Shown here: positions 15,173 to 28,087 of the stretch, in pieces
Layout: each line of letters starts with the position of its first letter
Position numbering within the stretch: position 1 is the first letter of the stretch
Assembly (NCBI GenBank): GCA_964016885.1
Contig: OZ024743.1
Coordinates: 272,924,001-272,988,000 of the forward strand
DNA length: 64,000 nucleotides
Reading direction: 5' to 3'
Origin: Eledone cirrhosa
Lineage: Eukaryota
Made by a program: the position numbers and the translations under genes
The notes under the pieces: generated by a model
What the model was told of the DNA's origin: nothing
The model's input: the letters and a program-made list of their open reading frames with translations, nothing else
The model's database searches: none

Positions 15173-15419
15173 TTATACACACATGCGTTTGCGTGTGTGT
15201 ATAGTGTTATGTGTGATGTGTGACTAGTGTGTATAGTGTTGTGTCTGCTGGGTGACTAGTGTGTGTTTATGTGCTTGTTGTTATTGTGCTTGTGTATGTA
15301 TTTATTTATCTTATTTTATTTAATTTTATTTACTTATGTATACTTCTCTTAGGTCAGTGTTGTTTGTTTGGGGGTTGTTGTTGTTCCACTCATTCTTTCT
15401 GTTTAGCTTTTTGACCGCC

Positions 15420-15610
15420 GGTCAGTCAATGGCAACATTGAGGACCGAGTAAGTTAGATCGCAGATATAAAAGACAGCGAGAAGCGAAAACCAACCAAAC
15501 AGTAAGTGTGTTCTGTTATTAATTCTGGCAATATTACGCAAATATGACCCTCCCCAAATATAACAATATCTGTTTCGACACACGATTTCATATAAAAAAC
15601 CTCGCAAAAC

Positions 15611-15612
<2 letters not shown>
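15420..15612 (+). mobile_element. Diverged family A-related pLTR terminus ending in (TA)n
   Basis: ATGACCCTCCCCAAATATAACAATATCTGTTTCGACACACGATTTCA resembles 4795-4841. Confidence 0.7.
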
Positions 15613-15694
<82 letters not shown>

Positions 15695-15696
<2 letters not shown>

Positions 15697-17769
15697 ACAG
15701 TGTTAAGAGAAATATACACAAGTATGTATGTGTACAATGATAGGTGATAGAATACATAGTCCGTAGTTGTGTAAATGGACCTAAAAACTGCTAGAAATAA
15801 CAGCCCAGAAGCATTCAACGTAAGCAGCTCTATTTACATAAAGAAATGAATTAGAAGCCAACATATCAAAGTAAAAAAAAACTCACTCTAATGCCCAGTA
15901 GGTTAATGAGCTCAAGTATTTGAATTCATGCTCTTTATCAGGCAGTACATGATGAAAAAAATACACAAAGAGGTATGTGTACAATTATAGTGGGACAGAA
16001 TACCACCAGAGTGAAACACAAAGTCTATGAAAGGAATACAGAACACATATCAATTAAAAGAATAAATTTAAAATGCATAGACCAACCTTTTATAATTATA
16101 ACCAGCTGGACAAACTCTAATAAGAGAATGTTTCGCCATACTAAGCGAAGATTCAACACCGCTAACGGCTTAGCAGGTGTATAACAGTATGGTCCTCACT
16201 TCTCAGAATACATAAAAATGTTGGAGAGCGCGGAGGCCGTCATCATGAGGGATGACGGTATAGAGAGAGGTGTAAAGAGAAGGCGGGAGGGACCAGGAGG
16301 GAAGGAGAAAGAGTTGAAGTGTCTAAGGGCATGATTTGTATCGTGGATGTGGGAGGGGAGATTCCCGACCAACGGGGCGAGGATGGTGTCTAAATATTCA
16401 GAAATCATCTCGGTGGAAAAGTTGCACGCAGAAACGATAGGACGCCCAGGATTATTTTGTTTGTGTATTTTGGGGAGGAAGTAGATGGTGGGTGTGCGAG
16501 GAGTGCGTACAATAAGGTTGTTGGGTGTGGGGTGTAGGTGAGAGGAGGAGATGAGCTCGTGGATGGTAGAGGACACGAGTTGTCGGTAGCCAGCCGTGGG
16601 GTCGGAGAATAAAGTGCAGTAAAAAAGGGTATTCTGAAGCTGGCGGAGATCCACAGCCCTATAGAGGTCAGCGCTCCAAACCATCACAGAACCACCTTTG
16701 TCAGCGGGTTTGATGACAATGTCATCTCGACACCGAAGGTTCCGAAGAGCGGAGAGCCCAGCTCGTGTGATGTTAGAGCGACGAGAATGCTGGTGGAAAC
16801 GGAACCGATTCACAGTACGCCGGCAAGTATCGACAAAGGAGTCGAGGGTGCTGAACTGGCCAGAGCTCGGCGTCCAATGTGATTGCCGGCGACTGAGACG
16901 GGTGAAGTCATCCGTCTGTGTCGATGATGGCGTGTCATGAAAAAAAGCTTTTAGCTTTAAACGACGGAAGAACCCTTCAATCTCGGCAAGTGTGCGGAAT
17001 TCGTCGCAGGTAGATGTGGTTGGTATAAAACGCAAACCACGGGCGAGGACGGAGCGCTCAGCTTCGGAGAGTGGTAGGTCTTGGGGTGTGGTGACTACAG
17101 TGCAGGGACGTGAGAGAGTGAAAAGGCGGAGGCGGAGGGGTCAAGGTGGTTGGGCAAAGCGTGTGCAGATTCAGGGGTAGGTGACGGGATAGAGGGGTTA
17201 GGGTTGGAGGTGATATGAGATGGGCGGTGACGGCAGGCGGGGGCGGAGAGAGTCGAGTTTGTGTTTTTTTTACGGAAATGAGGAAATTGAAAAGGAGGCG
17301 ATTGAGGTGAAGGATGAAGTGGATAAGGGATTGGGCGAGGAAAGGGTGGCAAGTGGAGGAGACATGGAGGTAGGCCTTGGGGAGATCTCGGTCTAGAGAA
17401 CGGATTTGGGCGAGAGTTGATCGAATAGTCGCCCGCATGAACTGGCGAGAGGAGCGGGTTAGGATGGACTCAGTGGTGGGAGCAGAATAAGAGGGGTGAA
17501 ACTTGATGCGGAAACCGCGCGGAATGACGTGGTGGTGGAGATAGCGACTTAAACATGTGATGTATCGAGTTTGGGTGAAGATGAGGTGGGAGAGATGCAG
17601 GGTGGATTGGATGCATAAAAGGTGGGGGGAGAGGCTGAAGGAAGTGCTCGAGAGTAGAATGGAGCTGGCGGAGAAAATATGAGATTGGGCATATTGAAGG
17701 TGCTAGGGTGGGAGTGAACATTAGACGGATGAGAAGAAGGTGGTGTAAGAAGATTGTAGTAAAGGAAAA

Positions 17770-17770
<1 letters not shown>
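15695..17770 (-). mobile_element. Internally deleted PLE (Neptune/Poseidon-like RT N-half) joined to a pLTR with a decayed hammerhead
   Basis: ORF 16196-17035: FFRRLKLK, IVIKPADKGG, IYFLPKIHK..NPGRPIVS; SLYTVIPHDDG in a shifted frame; hammerhead-like CTGCTAA-GCC...GGC-GAAA at 16120-16182; (TA)n at both ends. Confidence 0.8.
16196..17035 (-). pseudogene. PLE reverse transcriptase N-terminal half, truncated before YxDD
   Basis: PLE-specific DKG and LPKIHK/GRPIVS motifs in the 279-aa ORF. Confidence 0.88.
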
Positions 17771-17807
<37 letters not shown>

Positions 17808-17846
17808 CGCGCGTGTGTGTGTGTATCTGTGTGTGTGTGTGTATGC

Positions 17847-18177
17847 GAAGGTGTGTGGCTTAGCAGTTAGAGCATTGGGCTTGCAATAGGAGGTTGTGTG
17901 AACGATTCTCGGACCGCGTGATGTGTTGTGTCCTTGAGCAAGACACTTTATTTCACGTTGTTCCAATTTTCTCAGCTGTAGAAATGAGTTACAACGTCAC
18001 TGGTGTCAATCTGTATCAGCCATTGCCTTTCCCCTGGTCATCATCGATGGCGTGGAGAGGGGAGGCTAGTATGCATGGGCTTCCACAAAAATCTTGCCCG
18101 GACTTGTTCCTCGGAGGGAAACCTTTTAGGTGCAAATCCCATGGTCATTCGTGGCTGAAGGGGGTCTTTACCTTTTA
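17847..18177 (+). mobile_element. tRNA-derived SINE, second family
   Basis: GGTGTGTGGCTTAGCAGTTAGAGC head, GTGTCCTTGAGCAAGACACTT central motif typical of CORE/V-type SINEs, TTTACCTTT tail. Confidence 0.7.
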
Positions 18178-19727
18178 GGAGTGTGTGTGTTTGTTTGTGC
18201 GTACGTGCACCCCACCCCCACCCACCCACACCCCACCCCCAAACGATAAGCTTTTGAGGGTAGTGTGCCTGCCTGATGGTGTTGTCCTCTCATCCTATCG
18301 AAAGTTTTCAGTAATTGTTTACAAACTTTAGTATGGGCCATAAGCAGATCACACAGAAATATTTAAGCGATTATTAAACGTGAATGTGATATACACTGTG
18401 TTTTTCTCTAAGACAACCTAAATTGATTAGACGACCGTTTCTGGCTGGTCAAACAACCATGCAAGTGTTTCTATTGTTTAAATATGTAGATGTGTATACA
18501 TTCGAGTTGACAAGGAATGTCTCTAAGTTGCAAAAAGTTTTCCGCCATGAAAGATAACAAATTGATATGTTCAAGGCTGAAGGGTCGTTGATCATCGTTC
18601 TGCTAGTTCTGCTCACTCGAAGAGAATCATGGTTTAAACATCAACGTAAACAGTAGTAACAACACATATCATTATTACGAATTAAAATACTTATTATCTA
18701 TACCTCGAGGACAATCGATTTGTCTAGACAGATTTCCTGTTTGCTTGACAGTAAAAAGTTTCTATATATATTAATGTATTTTTTGTGAGTGGGGAATATC
18801 AAATTAAAAATCTTTCGCACAATACCACATACCTACACTCACGAGAAAACGTACACAATCACATATACAAGAACGCCTATATGCACGCACACATTCGCGG
18901 GCAGTCACACGCATATATACATAATGTGAGTTTTATTTGAAAATGCCATTTTGCTGAGAATATGTAATTTCATTATTAAATATATTTAGTGAATAAATCC
19001 GAAAATCACACATAATTTTGATTCAAATCAATCCGTTTGAGGAAATATTTAGTCTTCCCACTAATGGGATTATGCTTCGTTGATAAGGTTTAATAAATAG
19101 AAACATGTTCTTTACATTCTCTAGTTGGCTGTAATGATTAACTCTATTCCAATCCCTTTGTCTCAATTGGCAAAAGGTTCAAACACATGTTTTTTATAGA
19201 AATTACTTGTCGTTTCCATATTTTCATAACCCTTGAAGGGAACTGTTGTTTCCTAATTTATTGGATAATCTGAATTAATCCGAGTGTCCTACTCTCCTTG
19301 TTAATTATGTAGGACCCTACCACATTAATACTTTGTTTAAATATTTGTTAACAAATCTGATAAACACAGACATCTGTGTTTCAAAATGATGTAGATATTG
19401 ATGTTGGATATAAATGGTAATTTGCCATTACCTGGTGTCTTACTTATGAAAAGTAATAGAATACACATTCACATACACACGCAGGTTCATGCACACACAC
19501 ACACAGGTACGCGTATATGTACATATACACACAGGTACACGTATACGCACATACAAACACGCACACGCACATTTGATTTTAACATACAGCTTTCTTTACG
19601 TTTGAATGATATTACGCTGCAAGTGATAAGAGATATTCGACTAGAGTAAAAACTGGCTATATCAGATATATTGGTAATTCATCCGTACAATGCTCATTAA
19701 AAACCAGTCATGCCCTTATTTTAGATG

Positions 19728-19910
19728 TTGGCAGTATCGGTAGAGGGATGGACGCCATCCTTTGATGCATAGAGTTACGGCCCTTGCCATTCTGAGTTCA
19801 AATCCCGCCGAGGTTAACTTTGCCTTTCATCCTTACGGGGTCGATAAAATAAAGTACCAGTAATGTACTGGGTAATTGCTGGCCTTGTGCCAACAGTAAA
19901 AACAATTATT
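19728..19910 (+). mobile_element. SINE S1
   Basis: Match to other copies. Confidence 0.85.
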
Positions 19911-20046
19911 ACTTTGGCTATTATAAGTTTTAGTTAAGATTTATTGAAAGTTTAGTAGTCGAAATAAGATGAATTTAAACATGCATTTAGATCGTGAGAT
20001 AGTTGTACAGATATAGGATAGCATGATAGTTGTTATCTTCCCCCCC

Positions 20047-20119
<73 letters not shown>

Positions 20120-20120
<1 letters not shown>

Positions 20121-20383
20121 CCAACACCACCATTCTACACCAATACATATTATCATTTGATAATGCATAAAAATACTGAAACCGGTAACAGACAATTATT
20201 AAATATATAAATAAATAAATAAATGCCATTGTTAATTAATAAATAAATCAACTAATATATTAACACTTCAAACAAAGTAAAATATTTCGTTTTAATCATT
20301 TTCTAACCCAGAAAAACGAGAGAAAGTTATAAAAAGGGAAAAAAATATATTTTTCTTCCTAATAATCGTCTTTTTCTCCATGT

Positions 20384-20390
<7 letters not shown>
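20120..20390 (+). mobile_element. Solo PLE pLTR (family G) between (TA)n tracts with a decayed U3-A8 hammerhead
   Basis: Closely matches 62310-62572; TTGATAA 20157-63, GAAACCGGTA 20178-87. Confidence 0.75.
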
Positions 20391-20426
<36 letters not shown>

Positions 20427-20427
<1 letters not shown>

Positions 20428-23007
20428 ATGGGGTGTAACTAGGAGTTACTGCAGGTTCACCCGGGAGAGCACTCGATGTTTAGGTTCACTTCTGTGATGA
20501 GGTGTAGAGCTATACAGAGTGTAATATATAGAAAGGATAAAAAGGACGATTGATTATTCCTTCATTGCATTTATTGATAGGTGACGCGCGTTTCGCCACT
20601 AATCAGCTCAAGGTTCGATCTATATCGATCCTACCCGACTCAATAATCCGCAGCTCGACGGACCCTCTTAAAATGCTATAAGAAAATGAAATACATGCTA
20701 TGAGGTAAAGTCAGAGATTCAAGAGTTTGACAAAATGAGTTGTTTTGATTGGTGGGAAGGATCAAGGCGATGTACTGGCCTGTAGTGTATGTGGGGATGG
20801 GTGTGGTGGTGAGATGTTGGTGACGGTCTGCGAATGAGATGGGCTGTGGTGGTGGTGGCTTGGCCTTGGCGTGTAGAGTATGTGGGGGTGGATGTGATGA
20901 TATGGTGGTGGTTATGGTTGCTTAGTGTGATGGGCTGTGTTATGAGGTTAGTGGATTGTCAGTAGATGGGTTGGCGTGTGTGTGGGGGTGTGGTATTGGT
21001 GCCGTTGTCTATGGTAGCGGCGTTTGTGGTGGTGTGGTGGATGTATTGGTGGCGTCAAGGTCCTAACCTAGATACATAGCTAGACGCTCTTCATCTGACA
21101 GATACTTTGTAAATACGTATAGGCACCACATATATGTATATATGTGCACACATATTGTTGTATAAACACACACACCACAAAACACATACGCACATCCTTG
21201 CCCACACATATCGACACACGCTCACACACAGCCATATGCATATGTACACACATGTATGCGCATGCGCGCATGCGGAAACGAATATGGAGAGTGGGGGAGT
21301 ATCGGTGGAGGTGGCGGACGACAGAGATGGGGGAAGGTGAGAGGCAATGTAGAAGGTGTTTTATACACATACATATACCCATACACACATATGGGCACAT
21401 GGACTCACACTCACGTATACAAAATATACACATACACCTCACACACGCGTATACTCACACATATATATATATATATACACACACATGTACAGACAACACA
21501 CACATACACGCACATATACACATAGATGCACATTCATGAGCTCACCTACACATACAGTCAGATTCACCCATATACATATATGTAGACGTACACATATACA
21601 CACATACATACACATACATATACACACACACATACACATACGCATACACATACACATATATATACACATATATATATATACACACACATACACATATGAA
21701 TACACATGTGTTTACATACACACACACACATACATATAACTATGCGTACACGCACGCACACTTATACGCCCGTATGTGTAAAAATACTTACACACAAACG
21801 CGCACAGTATTGTTGGTTGGGGAGTGGAGGTATGTGTTGTCGGTGTTGATGAAGTATGGAGTTGTGTTTTGTGGTGGTGGTGGTGGAGTTGTGAGGGACA
21901 AACATATATATATCGGATCGAATACCGGTTAAAAGGTGACATGGGGAACGCGGGGGAGAAGCGTTTATGGACGTACCGCGATGTGTGTTGTGGACGTGGT
22001 GATGGTGGTGGTGCTGGGGTGATATGTTCGATAAGATGATTACATGATCAGAGGTTACAGTGTGTTATAGAGTAAGGCAGACGGAGGGTGGGGGGTATAT
22101 AATACAGTCGATCTGGAAGCGAGGGGTTATATGTGTTGATGATGTTAATGATAATGATTGTTGAAGTATTTGGATGTATCTAGTGGTGGCGGTGGTTGTG
22201 TGTGCGTGCGACAGTACAATTACGGGGTCGAATTTAGAGTGGGGTTGTGGGTTAGGGTAGACAGAGGGAACATGGGGGGATGAGGTTGTAGGTGTGTATG
22301 GTAGACATATGACGATGTGTGGTGTGGTGGTGGTGGAGATGGTGTGACATGATCGACATTGTATTTACAAGATCCCTTGTCACTGTGGATTGTAAGGTAA
22401 AACCTATCACAGGAGATCGATCTAATACGATGTTGCAACGATGAGGTGTGTATGTTGATGTGAATTTTGGTGGTGGTGATGGTGGTGTGTGCGGCATGAT
22501 ATACAAATGCGGGCTTAGAAATGGTTACATGGAGTACAATACAATAAGTTCATTGAGATGGGCGATGGTGAGACGGGGTATAGGTGGTTATTAATATGGT
22601 GTCTCATGGTTAGTGTGATTTTTGGTGTGGGTTATGTATGCGGCATGATATACAAAATACGGGCTTACAAATGGTTAAATGCAATACAATAAAATAAGAT
22701 AAAGTAAAGTAAGAATAGAATTAAAATTCGTTGAGATGGGCGATGGTGATACAGGGCAGATGTGGTTATTATTGTGGTGGGTCATAGTTAGTGCGTGGCC
22801 CTCCCGCGAATGTTTGTGCAGAAAAAGTGTTCATCCTAGTGTGTCTGCAATTGACAATTATGTCCGACCTATAGTTTATGGCGGAATTTAATTTAATTAT
22901 TTCCGCCGCCTCAGCCAGGCATAATCTGCAGTGGTTTCTGCCACTGGGGATATATGCCACGCGTCTTTTTACTGACCACGAAATCTGGGGTTCAATATTC
23001 CCGTCCT
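20427..23007 (-). mobile_element. 5'-truncated copy of the 12.6-15.2 kb Hydra-type PLE: end of GIY-YIG, ~2 kb AC-rich 3' UTR and pLTR
   Basis: 22769-23007 encodes NHCRLCLAEAAEIIKLNSAINYRSDIIVNCRH, nearly identical to 14980-15172; GAAACGCGCGTC hammerhead half at 20583-20594; (TA)n at both ends. Confidence 0.8.
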
Positions 23008-23019
23008 ATATATATATAA

Positions 23020-23710
23020 CAAAATAGAAACATACATATACTATAAACCCACAGACTCCAACAAGTATCTTCCATTCAACTCATGCCACCCTAGACACAA
23101 TGCACCCAAAAGGATCTGCACAATAGTATCTAATAAATACACATGCTACATACGACGAGAAAAATTGAAGAACACACTTATTAGCAGGAATTACCCCCCA
23201 TCCCTAATCAACAATAGATTCCAACGTGCCCTAAATCTCAACATCCAGGAACTTAGACAACCCAAACCAAGGAATGAATCAAAACTGAAAATTCTACCAT
23301 ACCTCTCCACACACAACCCCCTTAAACAATGAGTCATTCGACACCATCCTCCAGAACAAACTTTTATTAAAAAGAGACCTAAGAATGAACTAAATCCTCC
23401 AAACACACAATATCATAAAGAGTAAAAGACAACCAAATCAATAAAAAACAACCTTACACAGGCTAAAGTCCAGCCGACCCCCACAATGAACCATACAGTA
23501 AAAAAATGTGGAAGACCCAACTGTGGTATATGTATCAATCTAATAGAGGGATCGGAGTTCCACTTCAAACAAAGACAACATTTTACAGTTAAACACAATT
23601 TCACATGTGCATCAGAAAACCTGATCTATGTGCTGATCATCTCAGGTTGTCGAGAGCACTACATAGGACAGACCAAAAATAGCCTCCGACAACGTATGAC
23701 CGTCCATAGT
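23020..23710 (+). pseudogene. PLE fragment (Neptune-like): RT thumb, Cys linker and GIY-YIG start
   Basis: YYKPTDSNKYLPFNSCHPRH, KRICTIVS, YPPSLI; KKCGRPNCGIC...FTCASENLIYVL..GCREHYIGQTKNSLRQRMTVH. Confidence 0.85.
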
Positions 23711-23950
23711 GATACGTTGCGTACTATTGAGCAGTGTGGAAGAATGTGATGATATAGATTTCATAGACTGGTTGCTTAAGGCATAGAAAGAAATGTGCCT
23801 CGATGTTTTATTAACTTGTATATATATATAAGACTCAGTGGTCCACCATATATGGGATTCATTTATCTTACTTGGTAGCAGAACCGATAAGAACTAAGTA
23901 TCAATGGTAAGCAGTTCAGGCAGCCTAATCTGTACGTTGCCTTATTTTCC

Positions 23951-23988
<38 letters not shown>

Positions 23989-23989
<1 letters not shown>

Positions 23990-24532
23990 AAAGGTAAGAA
24001 AAACACAAACATACGAAACATTCCCGCGTTTCAGCTGTCTGCTGTGGGTCGGTGATGTTTTGACGCATTAAAGACAGTACATCTCACCACTGTGCGTTGA
24101 TAACTAAGAGGAATAGTTATCAGGGACAAAAACAACAACTCTCTTCCCCTTCTCACTCCCGTTTTCCTTCGTCTCTCCCTCTTTGCACCTGTTCTTCGCT
24201 CGGGCTGACAATACGGATTTAGGACTTACATTCGGTCTCCTTTTTAAATTCTCCCTCTCTCCCACTGGATATGGGGATTTACATGTACTACAGTCTCGTG
24301 CCCCCCCTCTCTCTCGGGAAGTTTTTCTTCTGTTTATTATTTTTTTCTTTCGCTCGCTTCGCCATCGTTTGAGTTTTTTTTTATTGTTTACTTCCCTGAT
24401 AATTATTCCTTTTAATTATCAACGCACTTCGGTGAGATATACTGTCTTTAATGCGTAGAAACATCAGTGACCAACAGCAGACAGCTGAAGAGCGGGAATT
24501 CTCCTTATGTTTGTGTTTCTCTTACGTTTTCT
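23989..24532. repeat. Old imperfect fold-back element, ~150-bp arms
   Basis: 23989-24142 inverted versus 24370-24532 (e.g. CAGCTGTCTGCTG/CAGCAGACAGCTG, ACGCATTAAAGACAGTA/TACTGTCTTTAATGCGT); microsatellite-flanked. Confidence 0.75.
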
Positions 24533-24699
24533 AAAAATATTTATTAGTAACAATACATCACCTTATCACTTTTAATTCATATATATATATATATTTTATA
24601 TAAATTAAATGGGTAATTTCAAAATAGAATGAAAACTCAAACTGAAATCACCAATGAATGCATATATATCTACAATAGTAAAAGAAAATATGTAACATA

Positions 24700-24812
24700 A
24701 TATATCTTCCTATACTTTCCGTCGAGTCTGTGATATAATACTTCTATTTTGATATATATATATATATATATAGTATTCAGAGTTTAGCTTTAAACTATCT
24801 CTGTTATTGTAT

Positions 24813-24880
<68 letters not shown>

Positions 24881-25062
24881 GAAGTATTATACCATACCTA
24901 GACTTTCCTACGAGTCTGTGATATAATACTTCTATTTTGATATATATATATATAAAGTATTATATCACAGACTCGTACGAAAGTCTAGGTATGGTATAAT
25001 ACTTCTATTTTGATATATATATATTTAATACAATAACAGAGATAGTTTAAAGCTAAACTCTG
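24700..25062. repeat. Nested inverted repeats interleaved with (TA)n
   Basis: Outer arms 24776-24817/25022-25062; inner arms 24874-24933/24956-25011; related units at 24705-24752 and 25968-26030. Confidence 0.8.
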
Positions 25063-25519
25063 ACTGGTAACCATCTCACTCAACAAACATTAGGTTATAT
25101 TTAAATATAAACCCAATTTAAGTGTTTGGGGTGCTAACAATATGTATAATGTGGAAAAACCAGTTGTATTATTTTATGAGATATAATTAAAGTTAAAGTA
25201 CATCTCTCTTTCCAAACAATTGTTTCATTATAAGTTTTCTACAAGTTGGGAGAATATTTCCAGTTTATGTAGAAGCCTAATATATATTCATGTAAGAATA
25301 TATTTAGGTGGGCGCTTATAAATCATCAGTGGAAGCCCATTAAACTTTGATATAAGAAAGAAATTCTTACCGCAGTCAAAAATCGTGTCTGTTAAGTTGT
25401 TCCTTCTCGCATCGAATGACCGCCAAATTTGAAATTCCAGCTGTTTTTGACTGAGGAAGTATCATAGCGACACGAAGCAAGAAGGGGAGACAACTACGAT
25501 CCACGAAAGGAGGAAAAAA

Positions 25520-25912
25520 ATAATATACACGCGGGTTAATTAGTTTTTTCGAAAACATTATCAATCCAACGTGTTAAGAACTCAATTGAAAATAAAATAA
25601 ATATAATTAAAAAAATAAATATATGCGTGTATAAATTACACTCGCATATAGATATTTTCTTAGGCTAAAATCAGAAGTTGTACCCGAATAAGAACCGCAT
25701 CTCATAACCACAGTAAATACAGAAAGTTATGCCTTAAAGGGCAAATGGGAATGTAAATCTCCGGCTGAATTAAGAGTAAAATATAAAACACACGCGGGTT
25801 AATTAGTTATTTCAAAACTAATATCAATTCCTCGTGTAAAGAACGCAATTAATTAAAGAAAATAAATGTATGCATGTAATTATATACATAGGCATATATA
25901 TATTTTCTTAGG

Positions 25913-25917
<5 letters not shown>
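25520..25917 (+). repeat. Diverged ~265-bp-period tandem duplication
   Basis: ACACGCGGGTTAATTAGTT...CGTGT.AAGAAC.CAATT...ATTTTCTTAGGCTAA occurs twice. Confidence 0.7.
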
Positions 25918-25969
<52 letters not shown>

Positions 25970-26132
25970 CAAAATAGAAGTATTACATCACTGGCTCGTA
26001 GGAAAGTATAGGAGGATATAATATGTTACATGCCTTTTTGACGATTGTGAATATGTGAGACTGAAAGAGTTGGTGTTAAATATTAAACCCAACGAACCTT
26101 TGTTGTGTACTGAATACATACACACACACACA

Positions 26133-26169
<37 letters not shown>

Positions 26170-26178
<9 letters not shown>

Positions 26179-26933
26179 AATGGCAATTTCTGTCTGTTTG
26201 AGTGTTTAATTGTTTGTGAACCTAAAACTCAAAAACTACCAAAAACTATCTTGATGAAACTTGACACGTGTGTGGGGCTCATGCCCATTTTATTTCTTAC
26301 GTATATTTCATTTTAATCGAAGGTTCCCCGGGGGCTCAAACCCCCGCTGAAAACCCCGCTGAAAATTTAAACCATAGGTAAATGACAAGATATGATGCCT
26401 ATTCACAAAATATCAGCAAATTTCAATAATATTAAGCCATACTAGTGAATATTTTGGCCAATAAATGGAATAAGATTTCACGAACTCCTCCTATGGTTTT
26501 GGAGATAGACCCCCATAACCATATATATTCTGAATCTACATTGCCCAGGGTACTTGGATAAGTATATTTCATTTTAATCAAAGGGTTCCACGGGGGCACA
26601 AAATCCCTGTGGGCAATTTTTTCTCTTCGATTTATATGAAATTTTAACCGTAGGTAAATGACAAGATATGATGCCTATTCACAAAATTTTGAATTGATAT
26701 TTTGAAAAAAATTATTTACAAGAAACAAAATAAGAATAAGATTTAATAATGTTATTTTGATTTAATACATTACAAAAAATATTTTCCAATTTTTCATGCA
26801 TTACATTTTACATTGAGTAATAGTGAAATGCAGAGTTTTTCTCCATAAATTAAATCACTGATTTAAAATCAATCATGATTTTCTTACAAATAAAAATGTG
26901 TGAAACGAAGCAAGGCGCGGGTACTTCGGCTAG
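26170..26933 (+). mobile_element. Non-autonomous Helitron-like element
   Basis: 3' GC-rich motif GCAAGGCGCGGGTACTTCGG then CTAG|T; 5' part (CCTAAAACTC...AAACTT.ACA.GTGT) resembles the element at 51393; internal direct repeats; 5' end lost in microsatellite. Confidence 0.65.
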
Positions 26934-27942
26934 TATATATATATATATATTTACATCAACTGTCGTTGCTGGCTTTGTACAATAATGGTGGATTTGACGG
27001 ATATATATCAATGGAGTAATCTTTCTCAAAATTATTTTGCAGCATATCAAAAAAGATATGGCTAAAGTATGTTATAAAATGCATTTATTTCGAACTGATA
27101 TCTTGATGACTGTTATACTGTGACTTATCTAGTTTCCTAATTTCTATCAGATAGGCTGTACATGTTTAAATACGTTCTATGTCTCCTTTTTATCTTGATA
27201 CTGCCCCAAAGAACTTAGATCTATTCTAATCGGGAACCTATGTCATAGCTTGGAAGAATGACTCATACATATAATGTAAAATGGAACGAAATTAAGTCAT
27301 TTACTCAATAAGATTATCAACAAGCATGTGATGGTTACGACTGAGAGGCGAAAATGGAATAGTGAATGTCTCTCTTTGTCTTCACGTACGCAGTGTTTTA
27401 CGTCAGCAACATAATATAGTTAGTCTCGCTTCTGCTCTGATCTAAATAAACCACTTTTTCTCTCCACATTATATTATTTCCTATAGTAGTAAGCACACTA
27501 CACTTATTTCAGTAATGTTTAAATATATGTATACACGCACGCATACACACACACACATACACACACACACACACATACACACACACACACACACACGGTT
27601 GTGCTGAAATGTTCTTAAGAAATATATTTAGCTACACACATTGAATAGTTTACGTACGCTGTGGAAACTTGTAGCCGAGGTTTTACTTATGTGTTGACCA
27701 GATCAGGGGACACAATATCGGCAGGGAAATGCGTGTATATATGCCAGTTATATCATAAATGAGAATGGTGCGCACAAAACCTCTTTGTGGTGTAGACAAA
27801 TGGTAATTTATTTGAACCAACATCAATATGGATGAAAGAAAATTAACTTCGTTTGAAGTATATGACATATCTCAATTACCGATAACTATTTATGAGCGGC
27901 AGTAGGAAAATTAAAATCTTAGCCTTACCTCCTTTTTACGAA

Positions 27943-28087
<145 letters not shown>

